A DNA stretch of 62,824 nucleotides, filler included, from Kipferlia bialata (Eukaryota), in the NCBI GenBank assembly GCA_003568945.1. It is 4 parts of 3 records of this genome, joined end to end, with 100 filler letters (N's around TTAATTAATTAA, not from the genome) between each part and the next. Parts side by side here need not be neighbours in the genome. Positions count along the whole stretch, not along the records: positions 12,211 to 25,223 come from BDIP01000180.1; positions 25,324 to 52,061 come from BDIP01000181.1; 2 more parts are not named here. The stretch is one strand, 5' to 3'. This document shows positions 23,854 to 37,682 of the stretch, in pieces. A model generated the notes under the pieces. The model searched no databases. It saw only the letters and a list, made by a program, of their open reading frames with translations, and was not told where the DNA came from. Made by a program: the position numbers and the translations under genes. The first letter of the stretch is position 1. Each line of letters opens with the position of its first letter.

Positions 23854-24218
23854 TACCAACCCGGCCTTGTGTGGCATTGTAGTCAATGTGTGAGTGGAGG
23901 ATGTTGTTTGTGTCAGTGATTTGTGTACCAGGATATGATTTGTGTCAGTGATTTGATATGAGTTCGGCGTTAATTCATTACCAACAATAGTATGCTAGCA
24001 ATAGAGTGTACGAGCAAGTTCCGGCTTTTCAAAAGCCGCTTTTGTCACCAATAAGTCCAGAGTGTGTAGGGGCAGCATACGTTCAACCGTTTGAGGTCTA
24101 TACTTTATTGCCGCTTCGACCAAAACTCGCTACCCAGATACCGTAGCATATCTCACAGCTTCTGTTTTGCAGTCAGTTCGATTGACCAGACTGAGTCTTG
24201 ACTGGAATAGCAGTACAG

Positions 24219-24970
24219 ATGAGTGAGGCTGACGTTCCTGCTGATGCAGGTTCGTTTGTCGAGGAACCGGAGAATGTAGAGGAGGGTTTTGAGGCTGATT
24301 CTGTTGAAGAGATCAGCCAGGAGACTGCAGAGAGGCTTGAGAGGTCCCAGAGAGTGTGTTCTCTTATTGCATCGGAGTTTGACGTTCATGAGCCAGTGTG
24401 CGGACCTGAGATGTCCACAACAGAGACAAACCCCAACTACCACAGAGACTTCACCTCAACCAACCTGCCATTCTACCCCAATGGAGCCACAGACCCAATG
24501 AGGCGTCTTGTGCGTCCCCATGTGGAGTCTTTCAACTTCTTCCTGAGGGAGGGTGTTCAGAATGTGCTTACTCACCTTGAGCCAGTTGTGGTAGTGACCC
24601 CCCAGGGCTCGGTTGCCATCAGCGTGGAGGACCTAGAGATCGGTACACCCTCCCACAAGGGTCGCAAGATCTACCCCTCGGAGTGTAGGGAGGGAGGTCT
24701 GTCATACAACGCTCCCATGCGCATGAACGTGTCTTGGAACGTGCACGGGGAGGAGCACAGCGTGTCTGTGCCAGCTGGCAACATGACCATGATGCTCAGG
24801 TCGGCCAACTGCCACCTCCGGAACCTGCAGCCCACAGAGCTGGAGCTGCACGGGGAGGACAGCAGAGAGGCCGGTGGGTACTTCATCCACAACGGCAATG
24901 AGCGTCTGCTGCGTATGGTGATTCTGCCCCGGCGGCACTACCCCATGGGCATGGATAGGAGTGCATACAA
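24219..24970 (+). CDS. RPA2: RNA polymerase I second-largest subunit, first exon (3' truncated)
   Basis: PHVESFN, IYPSECRE, MLRSANCHL and HGEDSREAGGYFIHNGNERLLRMVILPRRHYPM; the last motif is the Pol I-type variant. Confidence 0.85.
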
Positions 24971-25172
24971 GTGAGTGACACCCTATGTGGATATGTGTAT
25001 GTAGCTGCATCCAGTTTCATGTTGTTTGTGCCACCTGTATACTTTCACTACCTATATCATATCTCGAGGCATATCTACTACATATATCCGCATCTACACT
25101 CTGGAAGTGATTGTCAATCTTTCCTCATCCTCATTGTCTCTTTCGTCTATTTTGCCACCTGTCCCTCTCTCG

Positions 25173-25223
<51 letters not shown>

Positions 25224-25323
25224 NNNNNNNNNNNNNNNNNNNNNNNNNNNNNNNNNNNNNNNNNNNNTTAATTAATTAANNNNNNNNNNNNNNNNNNNNN
25301 NNNNNNNNNNNNNNNNNNNNNNN
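25224..25323. other. Artificial scaffold linker
   Basis: N44-TTAATTAATTAA-N44. Confidence 0.95.
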
Positions 25324-25378
<55 letters not shown>

Positions 25379-25468
25379 TGATATTCTCTTCTTGATACCC
25401 AATGCTCCTTTAGGGACCCACACTAATATATATATATACTGCACACGCTTATGATACTCCCTGTGCCA

Positions 25469-25711
25469 CCTTGACTCCCAGTCCCGCCTAGGCTCTGAGG
25501 TGTATGAGACCAGACACTCTCTAGTGGAACAGGTGCGGGGGAATACTTGTATATAGTTGTATGGATATGTACATGTAACATGCCCAATCACACCCATACG
25601 TGTCCTTACCCTTTAGGTTCGACAGGCCCAGGAGGAAGAGGCAGAGTGCGACAGGAGGGAGAGGGGGTTTGAGGCAAGGAGAGACTCGGCTCTGCACACA
25701 TCTCCTGGATA
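25469..25711 (+). CDS. 3' end of a hypothetical gene (two exons)
   Basis: ..LDSQSRLGSEVYETRHSLVEQ|gt...ttaccctttag|VRQAQEEEAECDRRERGFEARRDSALHTSPG*. Confidence 0.35.
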
Positions 25712-26463
25712 GATGGTACAGTGTCCAACTCAATATATACTAGTAGGTCAATGTATAAGTCAATCTATGCCCAATAGCAATGAAATCATTGTATGTGCAA
25801 AGAGGCACCGATAGAGTGTTGACGGCCCCACTTCCTACACTCCTGTTGTACAACAATCATCATCGAAATTGGGAGGTACATGGGCACTCATGTAATGGAA
25901 GGCAACGGCACAAAATGGCATCATTTACAGGTACTACTTTGAATATGTAAAGCTACATTTATGATATAGACAATCACTGTCCCTGACCACTGTGTAACAT
26001 ATATATATATATACATATATATATACAGACACAGGTATTAGTAGTACTAATAGACCCTCAGAGGCAGCTAAATACCCCAACCACATAGCCGAAGATTATA
26101 GCCTGGTTCCGGCTATGTGTATGAGGGTCTGCCACTAAGATACCCCGGGGACTCTCCCTATCAATGGTATCTACATGTCAGCTACACACTCCACTGCATA
26201 GCAGGTCATCAGACACAGTCAGATAGACAGTCTGATGGGACAGATGTCAGTCTCAGACCCAGACATCACGGTATACACGGTCTCATCGGTCTGTGACACA
26301 CGCACTCGATACATGGGATGGATGGCAGCATAGACATAGACAGGATCTGTACTAGGCACCTTACCCCAGACCCCCTCAGACACCATGCCCCAGAACCCAT
26401 GGGCCTCAGCAGCATATGCACTGGCATGCCTAGGCAGGACACACTCCCCCCTCCCCCTCCCCC

Positions 26464-27507
26464 TCAGCTGTCTGTCAGGGGTAGTATGCGTGTCTCAATC
26501 AGGGCCGACCCCCCGGCATGGCCCTCGTGTCCCGAGGACGTGGCCCTGACTAGCGATGTGACACACAGGATGCCCTGCTCCGACACACGCACCAGGGCCT
26601 CCTGGGAGTGGGAGGGGCACACAATGCATTGTACCATATATATAGACATAATCTCATGAAGAGCGTTGGATAGAGACGTACTCTATACCCACCTTGCTGC
26701 CCTTGAGAGATGGCAGCAGGGCACGCAGCCCCTCGACAGGGTACGGGTGGGCCACACGCCTCGAGACCAGAGACCTGACCGTTAGGGACATAAGGTGAAC
26801 AAACAGTGAATTGAGAAATACAAAAGTGTACGTGTATACCCATACACTATACATACGTATACATATAGAATCATACCTCCTACATATACATCCATATACA
26901 TTCACCCCCATACCTGTCAGGGACGGTCCAGTTCTGTCCAGGGGTGCCTGACACAGCGAGCTTGACCCTCGTGTACCCTGGGGGTCAGCATGGCAGTTCA
27001 TCCCTCGCACCCCCACTCCACACCATGTATCCTATACACCCAGTGTGCCTTCTGACCACACTGACACTGACACTGACACTGACACTGACACTGACACTGA
27101 TACCTGACGATGTCGGGGCATGGAGGTACAGATAGTAGCCCCCAGGGCTGTCCTGACCCCTGGCCACAGGCTGACACCCCAGCGTCACAGAGCCCACCTG
27201 GGGGTCAGTATCAGTATCAGTATCATATATTTATAGTTGTATATACTGTCAGGCCACAGGCATCACGAATGTGTATATATATATTAGTACATACATAGGA
27301 GGTGCACACCCAGGAGTAGTCAGAAGAGGTACAGCTGGGTAGATAATGAACAGAACATGTAGGGAGAGGGTACACTACCTTGGAGGCTAGCACTGCCTGC
27401 AGGGCATCGTGTATGGGTCGGGGCTTGACCACAATGCGAACAGGAACCTGGGTTAGGGGGTGTTCCATATGTAACTACCATCCCATTAGTAGGCAGAAGC
27501 ATCACAC

Positions 27508-27542
<35 letters not shown>

Positions 27543-28405
27543 CCTGTGGGGGCATTGGGATGCGCCTTGCCTCTGCGTCCCCCCCATCCAGCACGGCCAG
27601 GGTGGCCCGCATGAACTGGTCCTGGGCATTGACCAGCACGTCCAGGGAGCAGACAGGGGAGGACGAGGCACAGATGCTGACGGACTGGGGGTGGGTATGG
27701 GGTGGGGGGGGGGGGGTCACATATAGAATTACTATTACATGCAACGCAGGGTACCAGGGCCCCACTCTTCAATCACACATATATATAGAGTTATACAGTT
27801 TTGCTATCACATGCATACACATGCATACACATGGGTACCTGGGCCACACTCTTCTCACTACATGTGGTGAGGACATGGGACAGCATGTCGAGTCGGAATG
27901 ATATGGCACGAGAGGTGGGGCGGAACACGGTGAGGGGGGTATAGAGGGCTGACTCCTCTCTGAGATCATCTCTGAGTGAGGAACCATCGGTCCTGGGTTC
28001 AGTGGACAGTGTAATATGAGATATGAACCAAAGCCTCCCCGTTTGTGCTGTGTCATCTCAGTATCAGTATCAGTATATAGTATACTATATAACACTCTAT
28101 GTCCCCACCTAGTGTGCTGTGTCATCTCGCCCTGGGTCATGAGGGAGTGCACGTCTGTGAGGCCTCCCCCCCTGTCGATGGTGGCCGTGGCCTCATAGGT
28201 GCGGGTGGCACCCACGGCATGCAGCACAAAGGCAGAGTGGGAGGGGAGCAGGGTGGCAGTCTGCTGTGACTGCAGCAGCAGGGCATGGCACACCTGGGCA
28301 CATCAGGGTGTGTGTGTATATATATATACATCTGTCTACACATACACCCACCTTGGACAGGAGGCCCAGGCTCTTGGTCTCCAGGTAGAAACCCTCCTCT
28401 GCCAT
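26464..28405 (-). CDS. PCNA-fold checkpoint clamp subunit, most like Rad1/Rec1 of the 9-1-1 complex, about 8 exons
   Basis: N-terminus MAEEGFYLETKSLGLLSK|VCHALL; C-terminus HPYPVEGLRALLPSLKGSK|EALVRVSEQGILCVTSLV...ALIETRILP, resembling Rad1 YxxxxLxxxxxAlxxsxkvxiRxxxxGxLsxq...fvefxxxP. Confidence 0.5.
27058..27100 (+). repeat. (ACACTG)n intronic hexamer repeat
   Basis: About 7 units visible; similar short arrays are (CCATAC)n at 27509-27542 and (GTCTAAT)n at 29128-29157. Confidence 0.9.
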
Positions 28406-28612
28406 CACCGATCGATATTATATCGACACGGAGATACGGAGATATGGCGGTGTGTTGATGAACACTGGCTATGTAGAGAGACCATAAGTGCCTTCTAAGC
28501 TCAATCCGGAAGGAAGACATAAATCTCAGTCAAGAAGGGGTCAGGTGTCAATCGAACCGATAATCGGTACTGGACCGAGTACTCTCTCTACCAGTCGCAT
28601 TCGGGATATCCC

Positions 28613-30248
28613 ATGCCTAATCCACCACCTCCCCCTCCCCGCCGCCCCATAGGTGGGTCGGTCCCGTTGGCACCCAGTGGATATGTGTCTAACCAAGGGA
28701 AGAGGGTGTCTAGTGGCTTCCCTGCCCCTGTGCGTGGCAACCCCATACCTGTGCCTATGGCTGTGCCTATGCCTGTACATAGGCCAGGGGTTAGCCCTTC
28801 CGCTAGTGGGGGACATGGAGTGGGTGTCAAGGCCCGCCCCCACCCGCCCCCTCCCTCCTCCCACATCACAGCAGGGCAGGTCGGGGCCTCACTCATCGGG
28901 GATACCTATAGGTAACGCGGTCTTGTGCTATCTACCACTGTCACACCTACTGATACTGATACTGATACAGCAGAGAACATCCCTGCCTCGTTTTGTATTC
29001 GATTACTCTAGCTCCCTATACCGTCTTCCAGTCTATATCAGTGTACTCCCTCCCTGTCCCTTCTGATACTGATACTGATACTCAGGGGCATGTCCAAGGC
29101 AGACCAGGCAGCGGTCAGGTGGGCTCATGTCTAATGTCTAATGTCTAATGTCTAATGGGGTGGGGTTGGCCACCAATGGCAGATGATACTATATTCTCCC
29201 TACGAACAGTCCATTCTAGGCTACTAGGCCTAGTAGCAAGTACATTTGTCAACTCGATTCATGATCATCTATAATTGTGTGTCTTGGTAGACGCGCGCAC
29301 ATGTCACAGTGTGTCAGTATATGTTAGTTGGTGTCTGGGAGTGTCTAGCCCCTGACCCCCAGGGGAGCTGCTGTGCAGAGTGTGGTGCAGGGGGGGGTGA
29401 CGTCTGAGGCTGTGGCCGGGGTGGACGGGGGGGCTGTGGTGGGGGCTGTGGGGAGGGCCATCTCTCACCAGGTGGATAGTGCATGTGCATACGTATACAT
29501 ACCTATATACATAGCCTTCCGAGAGATGTCATTCATTGCTATGGCATGACCTCTTTGTGAGGTCTTCTTCAGTCTAGCCCCCCCCCCCCCTCCCCTCTGT
29601 GTCTCATGTCAGGTCATGGAGGAGGACAGTGCCCTGAGGCGAGGCACAAGGTAGCAGTGCATGTATATATACTGATACATGTATGTGTATATATTGTGAC
29701 ACTCTGGCTGGGCATGATGTAGCGATGGTATGTAACGTGTACTGGTATATGTACTGGCACTGACCCCAGGGCCCTTGGTAGAGCCACCCTTCACCAGCTC
29801 ACAGACGAGTCCAGTGCATTCAGAAGGGGTGCGGTGACATTGATGTGGGTTTACTACCATCGTTTGCTCTAATAATCGTATAGATTATCTATGTCTTTGG
29901 TCTCTCTCCTTATATCTGATGTTATGTAGAATACATGTCTCACCCTAGGGGCCAGGAGTGTCGGGGCTGCCGCCCAGAACCAGGTATGCCTTCAGTAGTA
30001 TATATGTGTGTGTGGATGCGATCATACCTAGGTATTATGGCTCAGTTGTATGTAGTGTCCTTATCGCGTACTGTTATCCCTACTGCCAGGTGACACATGC
30101 CGACTCTGCCCTCTGGACTGGTGTCAGGGCCGTGGGGAGGGGGATAGCAGGGGGTGTCAAGACAGGGGCACAGGCAGTGAGGAAGGGCGTCATGGAGGGC
30201 AACGATGGGTCCTACCAGGCACAGGAGGTCAAGAGGCAGGGCCTGTGA
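28613..30248 (+). CDS. Hypothetical protein with Pro-rich N-terminus, about 7 exons
   Basis: ATG at 28613; short GC-rich exons bounded by CAG/GT (GMSKADQAAVR, GAAVQSVVQGG.., VMEEDSALRRGTR, VTHADSALWTGVRAVGRG..QGL*). Confidence 0.5.
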
Positions 30249-31015
30249 TACCTGGCTAGGATTCCAACCACATCTGACCACATGTGTCTCAGTGGTGGCC
30301 ATGGCCTATCTTGCACTGTGCGGCGGTGGTCCGGCATAACCAGAAGAGAGTCCCTGGGTGTATGGGGTTCAGGTAGCCTTTAGGGTCCGGCACCAGTTCT
30401 CTAGGAGGGTGTGTGGAGGTACCCATTTCCCATGTATTATGTATGGACGGGTGTTCATATAGCACCTTACCTAGGAGGGGCCGTGTCCCAATGTCCATGG
30501 CCACCATTCACCATTCATTATAGGGATGGTCATTCACCATTCATTATAGGGATGGTCCCAAGAGCATTGCGGGTTGTGAAGATGAGTCAATAGAACTATA
30601 TCCATTTCTGTCACTCTCCTGGTACTGATATAGAAGTATAACACTCAGGCTCATTCAGTTAACCTTGACGGTCTATTCAATGTGTGTAAATATCGATAGA
30701 TGACTGTTGTCCAGAAGTTCTGGACCAGAACGCGTCAGTGAGTAGCTGAGATTCATTGGAAATATGGGTCCAAAAACGGATCCCAACACCCAGACACTAG
30801 ATGGTTGATTGATATAGAAATCTGTGACAGGCCACCGGCCCTGGTTAATAGCCTGGGACAGTGGAACGAGACTCTACACCCAGTTTCATGCCATCGCGTC
30901 GAACTGACTCCGAATCTAACACGAATGAAAGGGTTGATCTCTAGATGAAGCAAAAATCAGGGTGTTGATCCACCTTGGTCATCCAAGACTGCCTCTCTCC
31001 TCTAGCACAGGTGTG

Positions 31016-32431
31016 ATGGAGACGTTGGAAGAACAGTCTGGCGACCGCGTGGGGGCTAGGCTGGAGGTGGTGGAGGAGGGCCTGGCCGAGGTGCTGCGTC
31101 TCCTACAGATGCAGCAGAAGCCAAGCAAGGTATGCAGACTGTTCATTGTAGAGGGAGCGTCTAATCTCACCTAGGTGGAGCGGACAAAGGCGTACTATGA
31201 GTCTCAGCGGCTACTGAATGCCCGTGTTTTCAGAAGAGGCCACCCTCGGGTCCAGGCCACGTTGGAGTACCTCTTTCGCACCAGTTGCATCCTGGTGTCC
31301 TTGATTGACGAGGTTCCACAGTGTCATGTGACATATACATATTCACCCAAGCCATCTTAGTTGTATTTGTATTCTGGGTCTGGTGGTTCTTATGATACAG
31401 TCGGCGTGTTCTGATGTATATATGATATATACACAATCCTCTGGGATGATGTATCTATTGTATCTGTCTGTGATGTCCCCTACAACACCAATTACGGACA
31501 TTCTTGTAATCGTATCTCATACATTTCCTTCTATACCTATGTTTATACTATTTTCCATATTCTCCCTCTATACATACATTCTTATCCTGATCATGATATA
31601 TATTCATGTATATACACACTCATGTATACATCTCCTTGTACCCATACCCAGGTCATCCTGCTCATCCTGCTCTGTATCATGGATGTCCTCCACCCAGACT
31701 CCAGGCTCTACATGTCCATTCTCTTTGTGTCCATTGCCATGCAGGTGGGTGGTCTGACACCCTCTGTATTTGCATAGGGGTTGCACTACAGTGTGCCACG
31801 GCACTATATGCCCCACCCCCCTCTCTCTGACCCATGTTATCCTCTTCCACCACCCCTCTCTCCCTCCCTCCCTCTCTGACCCAGGTTGTGCATCTGCTCT
31901 TCCTCACCATCGTCACCATCGAGATGGTCAAGCAGCTCATGTTCCGGGTGGCATCCATAGCAGACATGCTCAGCGTATATGTCTCCATTGTGCTACTCTA
32001 TGCAGGTCTCTACACAGTGCTGGCCTATGTCGACCCCACCTGCTTCAGCGGTCTCAATGCCGAGGACTTCGAGGGGCCCACCAAGGCCCTGTCGGTGTTT
32101 GGCAACTTCATCTACTTCTCCAACGTGGCCATGGCCAGCGTGGGATTCGGGGACATCTTCCCCTCCTCTGGGGTGGCCAGGAGCATCGTGTTCACCGAGA
32201 CCCTCATGTCTGTGGGCTTCCTGTGCATCCTGTTTGGTTCGGGCAGTATATATATATCAGTGGGTGGGTATCATACCTAGCACACTTCCTCTAACCCCAG
32301 GCAACATCGAGTACAAGGACCCCACCGAGATGGAGGACCCCACCCCCTCCCTCGACATGGGCATGGGACCTGATAGACACGGCACACACGTGCCACTCCT
32401 GTCAGTCGGCCACGAGGACACCAGTATGTAA
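31016..32431 (+). CDS. Potassium-channel-family protein (Ion_trans_2 pore), 5 exons
   Basis: Several transmembrane segments, then pore helix and filter FIYFSNVAMASVGFGDIFP and inner helix ARSIVFTETLMSVGFLCILF. Confidence 0.8.
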
Positions 32432-32678
32432 CATCGACCGAAAGTAAATTGTACCAAATTGTCTTTGTATGTCCATTGTACGGGCTAATATAATTATGTC
32501 TGTGGAGTTCACAGAGGGTGCATAGATCTTTTGACTCATTCAATGTATCTAACACCACATGAAGGCTTCATTGAAGTAACACTACACCCTTGAATAGAAT
32601 TTGCAGAAACCATTATTTTAAGCTTAGTCATACTGATAGTGCAACACCTTCTCAAGCAAGGCTCGAGAGAAGGCCGCG

Positions 32679-33557
32679 ATGTCTAGTGAGATGTGTCCGG
32701 TTACAAGCTCGTTCTACGCTTACCTTGGCGTAGCTGCCGCCACTGCGTTCAGTTGCATTGGCAGTGCATACGGCACAGCCAAGGCAGGCACCGGTGTCGT
32801 TGCCTCAGGTGGGGTCACCTTGTGTATGAGCTGTTCTCACAATGACTATCCCAATATCAACTTCTGCATACAGTCATATCGTATATATGTATCTATTTTT
32901 CCTGGCATGGTGCCTATATGATAGCTGCAACTCTGGTATGTCTCTCGTCCCTTATCATCAGGCCTTGTCAAGCCCTCCGGTGTTGTGCGTAATCTGCTGC
33001 CCGTTATTATGGCAGGTATGGGCCGTTAGGACCGAGGGTGTGTACTGTTGTGGTGGTTGTATACATACTCATCATCCAGGTATCCTTGGTATCTATGGCC
33101 TGCTGACTGTCGTGAGTCTTACAGGTGCCATTGGTGATGTGTCCCTGGGTCTTCCCCTCTTCAACAGGTATGGCCGGGGTGTACATGACAGATGCATAGG
33201 ATGCAATGGTCTGATACCGCCGTCTAGTGACCCAGTATCAGTGTCAGTATCTGACCCAAGCTATGCATACCTTGCCTCCGGACTCGTCACTGGCACCACC
33301 GCCCTGTGTGCAGGCATTGCCATCGGCGTGGCCGGAGAGGCTGCAGCCAAGGCAGTGGCCTACAAGGGGAAGCTGTACGTACATCAGATTGAGTGTCTGT
33401 CTTCTCTAGTCTCTATAGTATATGCGTGGGTCTCACCCCTAGGTTTGTGGTCATGCTCCTGAACCTTGTCTTTGGAGAGGCCCTGGCCATTTACGGCCTC
33501 ATTGTGTCCCTCATCCTTGCCCTCAAGGGTGTGTCCCCCTCCGACGCAGGGTGTTAG
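32679..33557 (+). CDS. VMA3: V-type H+-ATPase 16-kDa proteolipid subunit c, 5 exons
   Basis: CIGSAYGTAKAG, LLPVIMAG|ILGIYGL, YAYLASGL..G...LCAGIAIG and LVFGEALAIYGLIVSLIL with the conserved Glu. Could be the c' paralogue. Confidence 0.92.
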
Positions 33558-34439
33558 TGATGGTACCAGGCTAGAATAGAATAGATATACTTGAATGGTT
33601 GCATGCTAGGGTTCATTCAATGTGCAACACACATTGGTGCTGGTCTGAGTAGTATGGATACATTGATGTATGCAGCGAGTCGTAGTCGTATATTCATACG
33701 TATTGCGCATCGTGAACTGCTGCTGGGGCCTGACTCCATTGTCAACACTGATACGATCAGTATCATACTGAGTCAGAAGGGGGGAGGGGCAGTTTTTGTG
33801 CCCTCTGGCAGAGAGAGAGTGTCTTTCTACCTCACACCAAGGCCTGGCAGTGTCTTCTCGGTGTCACTGCATAGTCGCCTAGTCCACGCGGGTCAGGAGA
33901 GTGTAACCCATGGAGGTCAAGGGCAATGTGTGTGTCACCACCTTGGTCGATGACTCTCCGTGTCTCAAGGGCACACTGGACTTCAGATCAGGGTTATTCG
34001 TGTTGGCCAGGTACACTCTCTCTCTGTATACACATCACACAATAGATGTAGTGACGGTGGAACTAGTTCAACCCGCCCCCCCCCCCCCCCCTTATCCCCC
34101 CCCCCCCCCCCCCCCCCCCCCTGTATACATGTCTACCTACGGTACGATTCATTGATGATGTGACTCCGACGACACCGTAATTAATACATTGTTGTACATA
34201 TATATTCAATATGTTGACATTCTATTGTATACGAAGACAAGCGTCCTCTCTTTAACCAGTCGGTATCAGAACATTGTAACAGTAAATTTGCAACACATAT
34301 CCCCTCAGCCACTGACCCTCAATGAAATTACATTCCATTCGTCTATTCTCACACACCTGTAACCTACACTCCAACCCCTCATCACTATGCTCAGAGTACA
34401 GTATGATTCGACTCTCTCCACTCCTCTAGACTAGACCCT

Positions 34440-34650
34440 CTAGTCACTGTCCTCACTGGACTCGTACCCAGCCATCATGCCAGCCAGGGTGGTGGGGGCA
34501 GAGACCTGGTGTCAATACATATGTAGCACATTTATATATGTATATATATATATATATGATATGATATAGAGAGAGAGAGAGATGCCATCATGCCGACCAG
34601 GGTGGTGGGGGCGGAGGCCTGATATAGGAGAACTATTGGAATATATATAT

Positions 34651-34681
<31 letters not shown>

Positions 34682-35929
34682 TCAAGGGTGGTGGAGGCAG
34701 AGAGCTCGACGAGTGTAACCACATATATATATATATATATATATATATACTACACACCTTAGGGGCAGCTGAGAACACGTCCAGGCCGACATGCTTCACA
34801 GGCTCAGGGGCGGGGGGGGCCTCGGGCTCAACAGGGGCCTGGGGGTTAAGGGAGAGAGAGAGAGAGAGAGAGAGGAGTGGGGTGGGGGGGCTCGGGATAA
34901 ACATGACCCTTGATCGTTAAGAGAAGGTATACTCATATACCTCCTTAGCCTCTGCCACCTCTCTCTCTCTCTCCTTCTGCTTCTTCAGGATGGCCTGCCT
35001 CTGGGCCTCCCTCTCGGCCTCAAGGGCATCGCGGCTGGGTATGAGAGGAAAGGTATGTAGAGTAAGAGAGGCAGAGGGAGACATCAACTAAAAGGGAGCT
35101 GGACCTGGGAAGACTATACAGAGGCGGGGGTGGTGCTAAATACTTGATCCTTCTAATCACTCATACTCACCGCCTGTCCTTCTTCGTCTTGGCAGCACCC
35201 TTGCCGTGGAACCTGGCAATGGCCTTTGCCTCCTTGGCCTTGGCGGCCTTGAGCTTCTCGGCAATGTCCTGGGGGTTAGATATATACAATTCAACATGTG
35301 TATATACNNNNNNNNNNNNNNNNNNNNNNNNNNNNNNNNNNNNNNNNNNNNNNNNNNNNNNNNNNNNNNNNNNNNNNTAAAGTAGTATGAGAGAGGATTC
35401 TGCTTCTCGGCAATGTCCTTGGGGTTAGATATTTTCAGTTATATAGGTATGTATATGTAGTATACGGGAGAGAGTATGGCTTACAGAGTATAGTGAATAC
35501 TGTACCTTGCCCTGCTCGTCCTCCTCGTCCTCGGCGGCATCCAGGATGGCCTGCTGCAGCACAAGACTGACATGAGAACAGGTATATACTTATAATAAGT
35601 ATATAGTATATATGGGAGAGGATGATAGAGGATCACAACCACTAGAGATGAGAGGCATACTCACCGTGTCTCCTGGCGTACTTGGACAGGGTAATGGAGA
35701 TATATATGGTATATAGGTACATACTCATATAGAAGGGAGGAGGGGGGGGGGGGGGGGGGGGGGGCTCAAGCGATATACACAACAGTAATATATATGTGAC
35801 GGGTACTTGTACAATATATGCGTAGGAGTAATGGAGAGAGCGATGTGAGAGTATGATACAGAGTGAATAGAATGTGGGGGCAAGAGACACGCACTGATAC
35901 CCTTGTATAGCCACTCCCACCTTAGACAT
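34440..35929 (-). CDS. Small charged coiled-coil hypothetical protein; 5' exon structure unresolved
   Basis: In-phase exons QAILDAAEDEEDEQGK|DIAEKLKAAKAKEAKAIARFHGKG..|RDALEAEREAQRQAILKKQ..|APVEPEAPP..|VSAPTTLAGMMAGYESSEDSD*. Confidence 0.55.
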
Positions 35930-36269
35930 GCTGCCCTATCTCCTTCTGGCCTCTCTTCCTTGGTGTGTGTCACTCTAGTAGTCTCAGAGGTGGGTAATGG
36001 GTATGTTAAGTAGAGTGTACATGCTCACTGGGTTGAGGGGTGTGTTTGCCAAAAGGGTTCTGATGATGTCGAGTTGCTATGGATGTCCTCTCATGTCATA
36101 CTCATTACTACTGTATCCTACTGTGTCTATCTATTAGCGTTCCATATTATCATATCTACTCTGTCTCCTCCTCTGACGAGTCCATCTCCTCTGTCAGTGG
36201 TGTATCGATGTATATACACTAAGCGTATACATATAAGCGTATACAATCAGTCCTAGTCATTATTAGTAT

Positions 36270-37040
36270 CTACTCTGTCTCCTCCTCAGATGAGTCCATC
36301 TCCTCTGTCAGAGGTGTGTGCATGACAGGGGTGGAGAGAGATGAGACAGACACACCCCCTGCACCCTCTCCCTCTCTCTCTCCCTCTCTCTCCATGGCTG
36401 TCAGAGGTCTGTGGGGCTGTGACACCTCAGCCTCCCTCTCCCTCTCCCTCCTACCCACATATCCATCTGCCTCCGCCTCGCTGTCGGTGTAGACCTGACA
36501 GTGAATTGTGACAGAGAATGGGATACAATACATGCACAGGTGTCTTTCGCCACATAGTATTCCAAACATTTACACCAAACCAGACAGTGCAATGCACCTA
36601 ATTCTTTAATACAATAAATACATGTGCATACATACACTATACCTGACAGTGCATGGTCTCTGCCTCACTGTCCTGTCTGGACCCAAGGGCCAGGGACCCA
36701 GTCAGTCTGGCATTAGGTAGAGATAAGAGAGAGGGAGGGGAAACTAAAAAATGAAACACAAGTAGACACCCCAGTATTTCCATATACCCCCCACCTGTCC
36801 GATATGTACCTTGATGATATCCATGCATGGGTATATATATATATGAATGTATATATACACATACACCCACCTGTCCGATATACCCTGGCTGTGTTCATTG
36901 ATGTATCTACATCTTTATATATATATATATGTATACCTGTCCGATATGCCCCTGGCACTGGGCAGGGCACTGCTCCTGCGTCTAGGCACAGCAGACTCAG
37001 GCCTGGGGGTAAGGGATACACACACACACACACACACATG

Positions 37041-37071
<31 letters not shown>

Positions 37072-37641
37072 CTACAGTAATGATGACATTTGTTAATGTA
37101 TACAATATACACTTTTATAATGTTCTCATCAAAGACTCTCTCACCTGCTGTAGAACGGTATTCCCTCGACCTCTGCCTCTCCCTCCTCAACACACTGCAC
37201 ATCCTCTACACCCTCAATGCCATGACCCTCGGAGTCAGAGGGAATGCAGGAGGAGACCTAAAGGTGAGGCTATACTATATACAGTATAAGAACACAGTGG
37301 GTGAGAGGGTATGTAACCATACACAGTCAAGGGAGTTGTGAGTACAAATGTATCGGTAAAACGATATATATATACATACGATATATATACACAGTCCCAG
37401 GAGGAGAGCTAGGGGTGAGCCTATACTATATACAGTCTAGAGACTGGGAGAGAGAGACTATTACTCTGTATACATACACACCTGGTGCATGTGGCTGAGC
37501 AGGAAGGCAGACAAGGGGGTATAACACATAGTGTAGACTACATACTCACACACTATACACACACCTGGTGCATGTTGCTGGGCAATGGGGGCAGGCTGGT
37601 CTCTGACACTACTACATACTGTATGCATACACATCCCCCCT

Positions 37642-37682
<41 letters not shown>

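Noticed and set aside
33591..34155. Possible small gene after V-ATPase subunit c
   Set aside because: No recognisable family, weak codon bias and no consistent exon chain.
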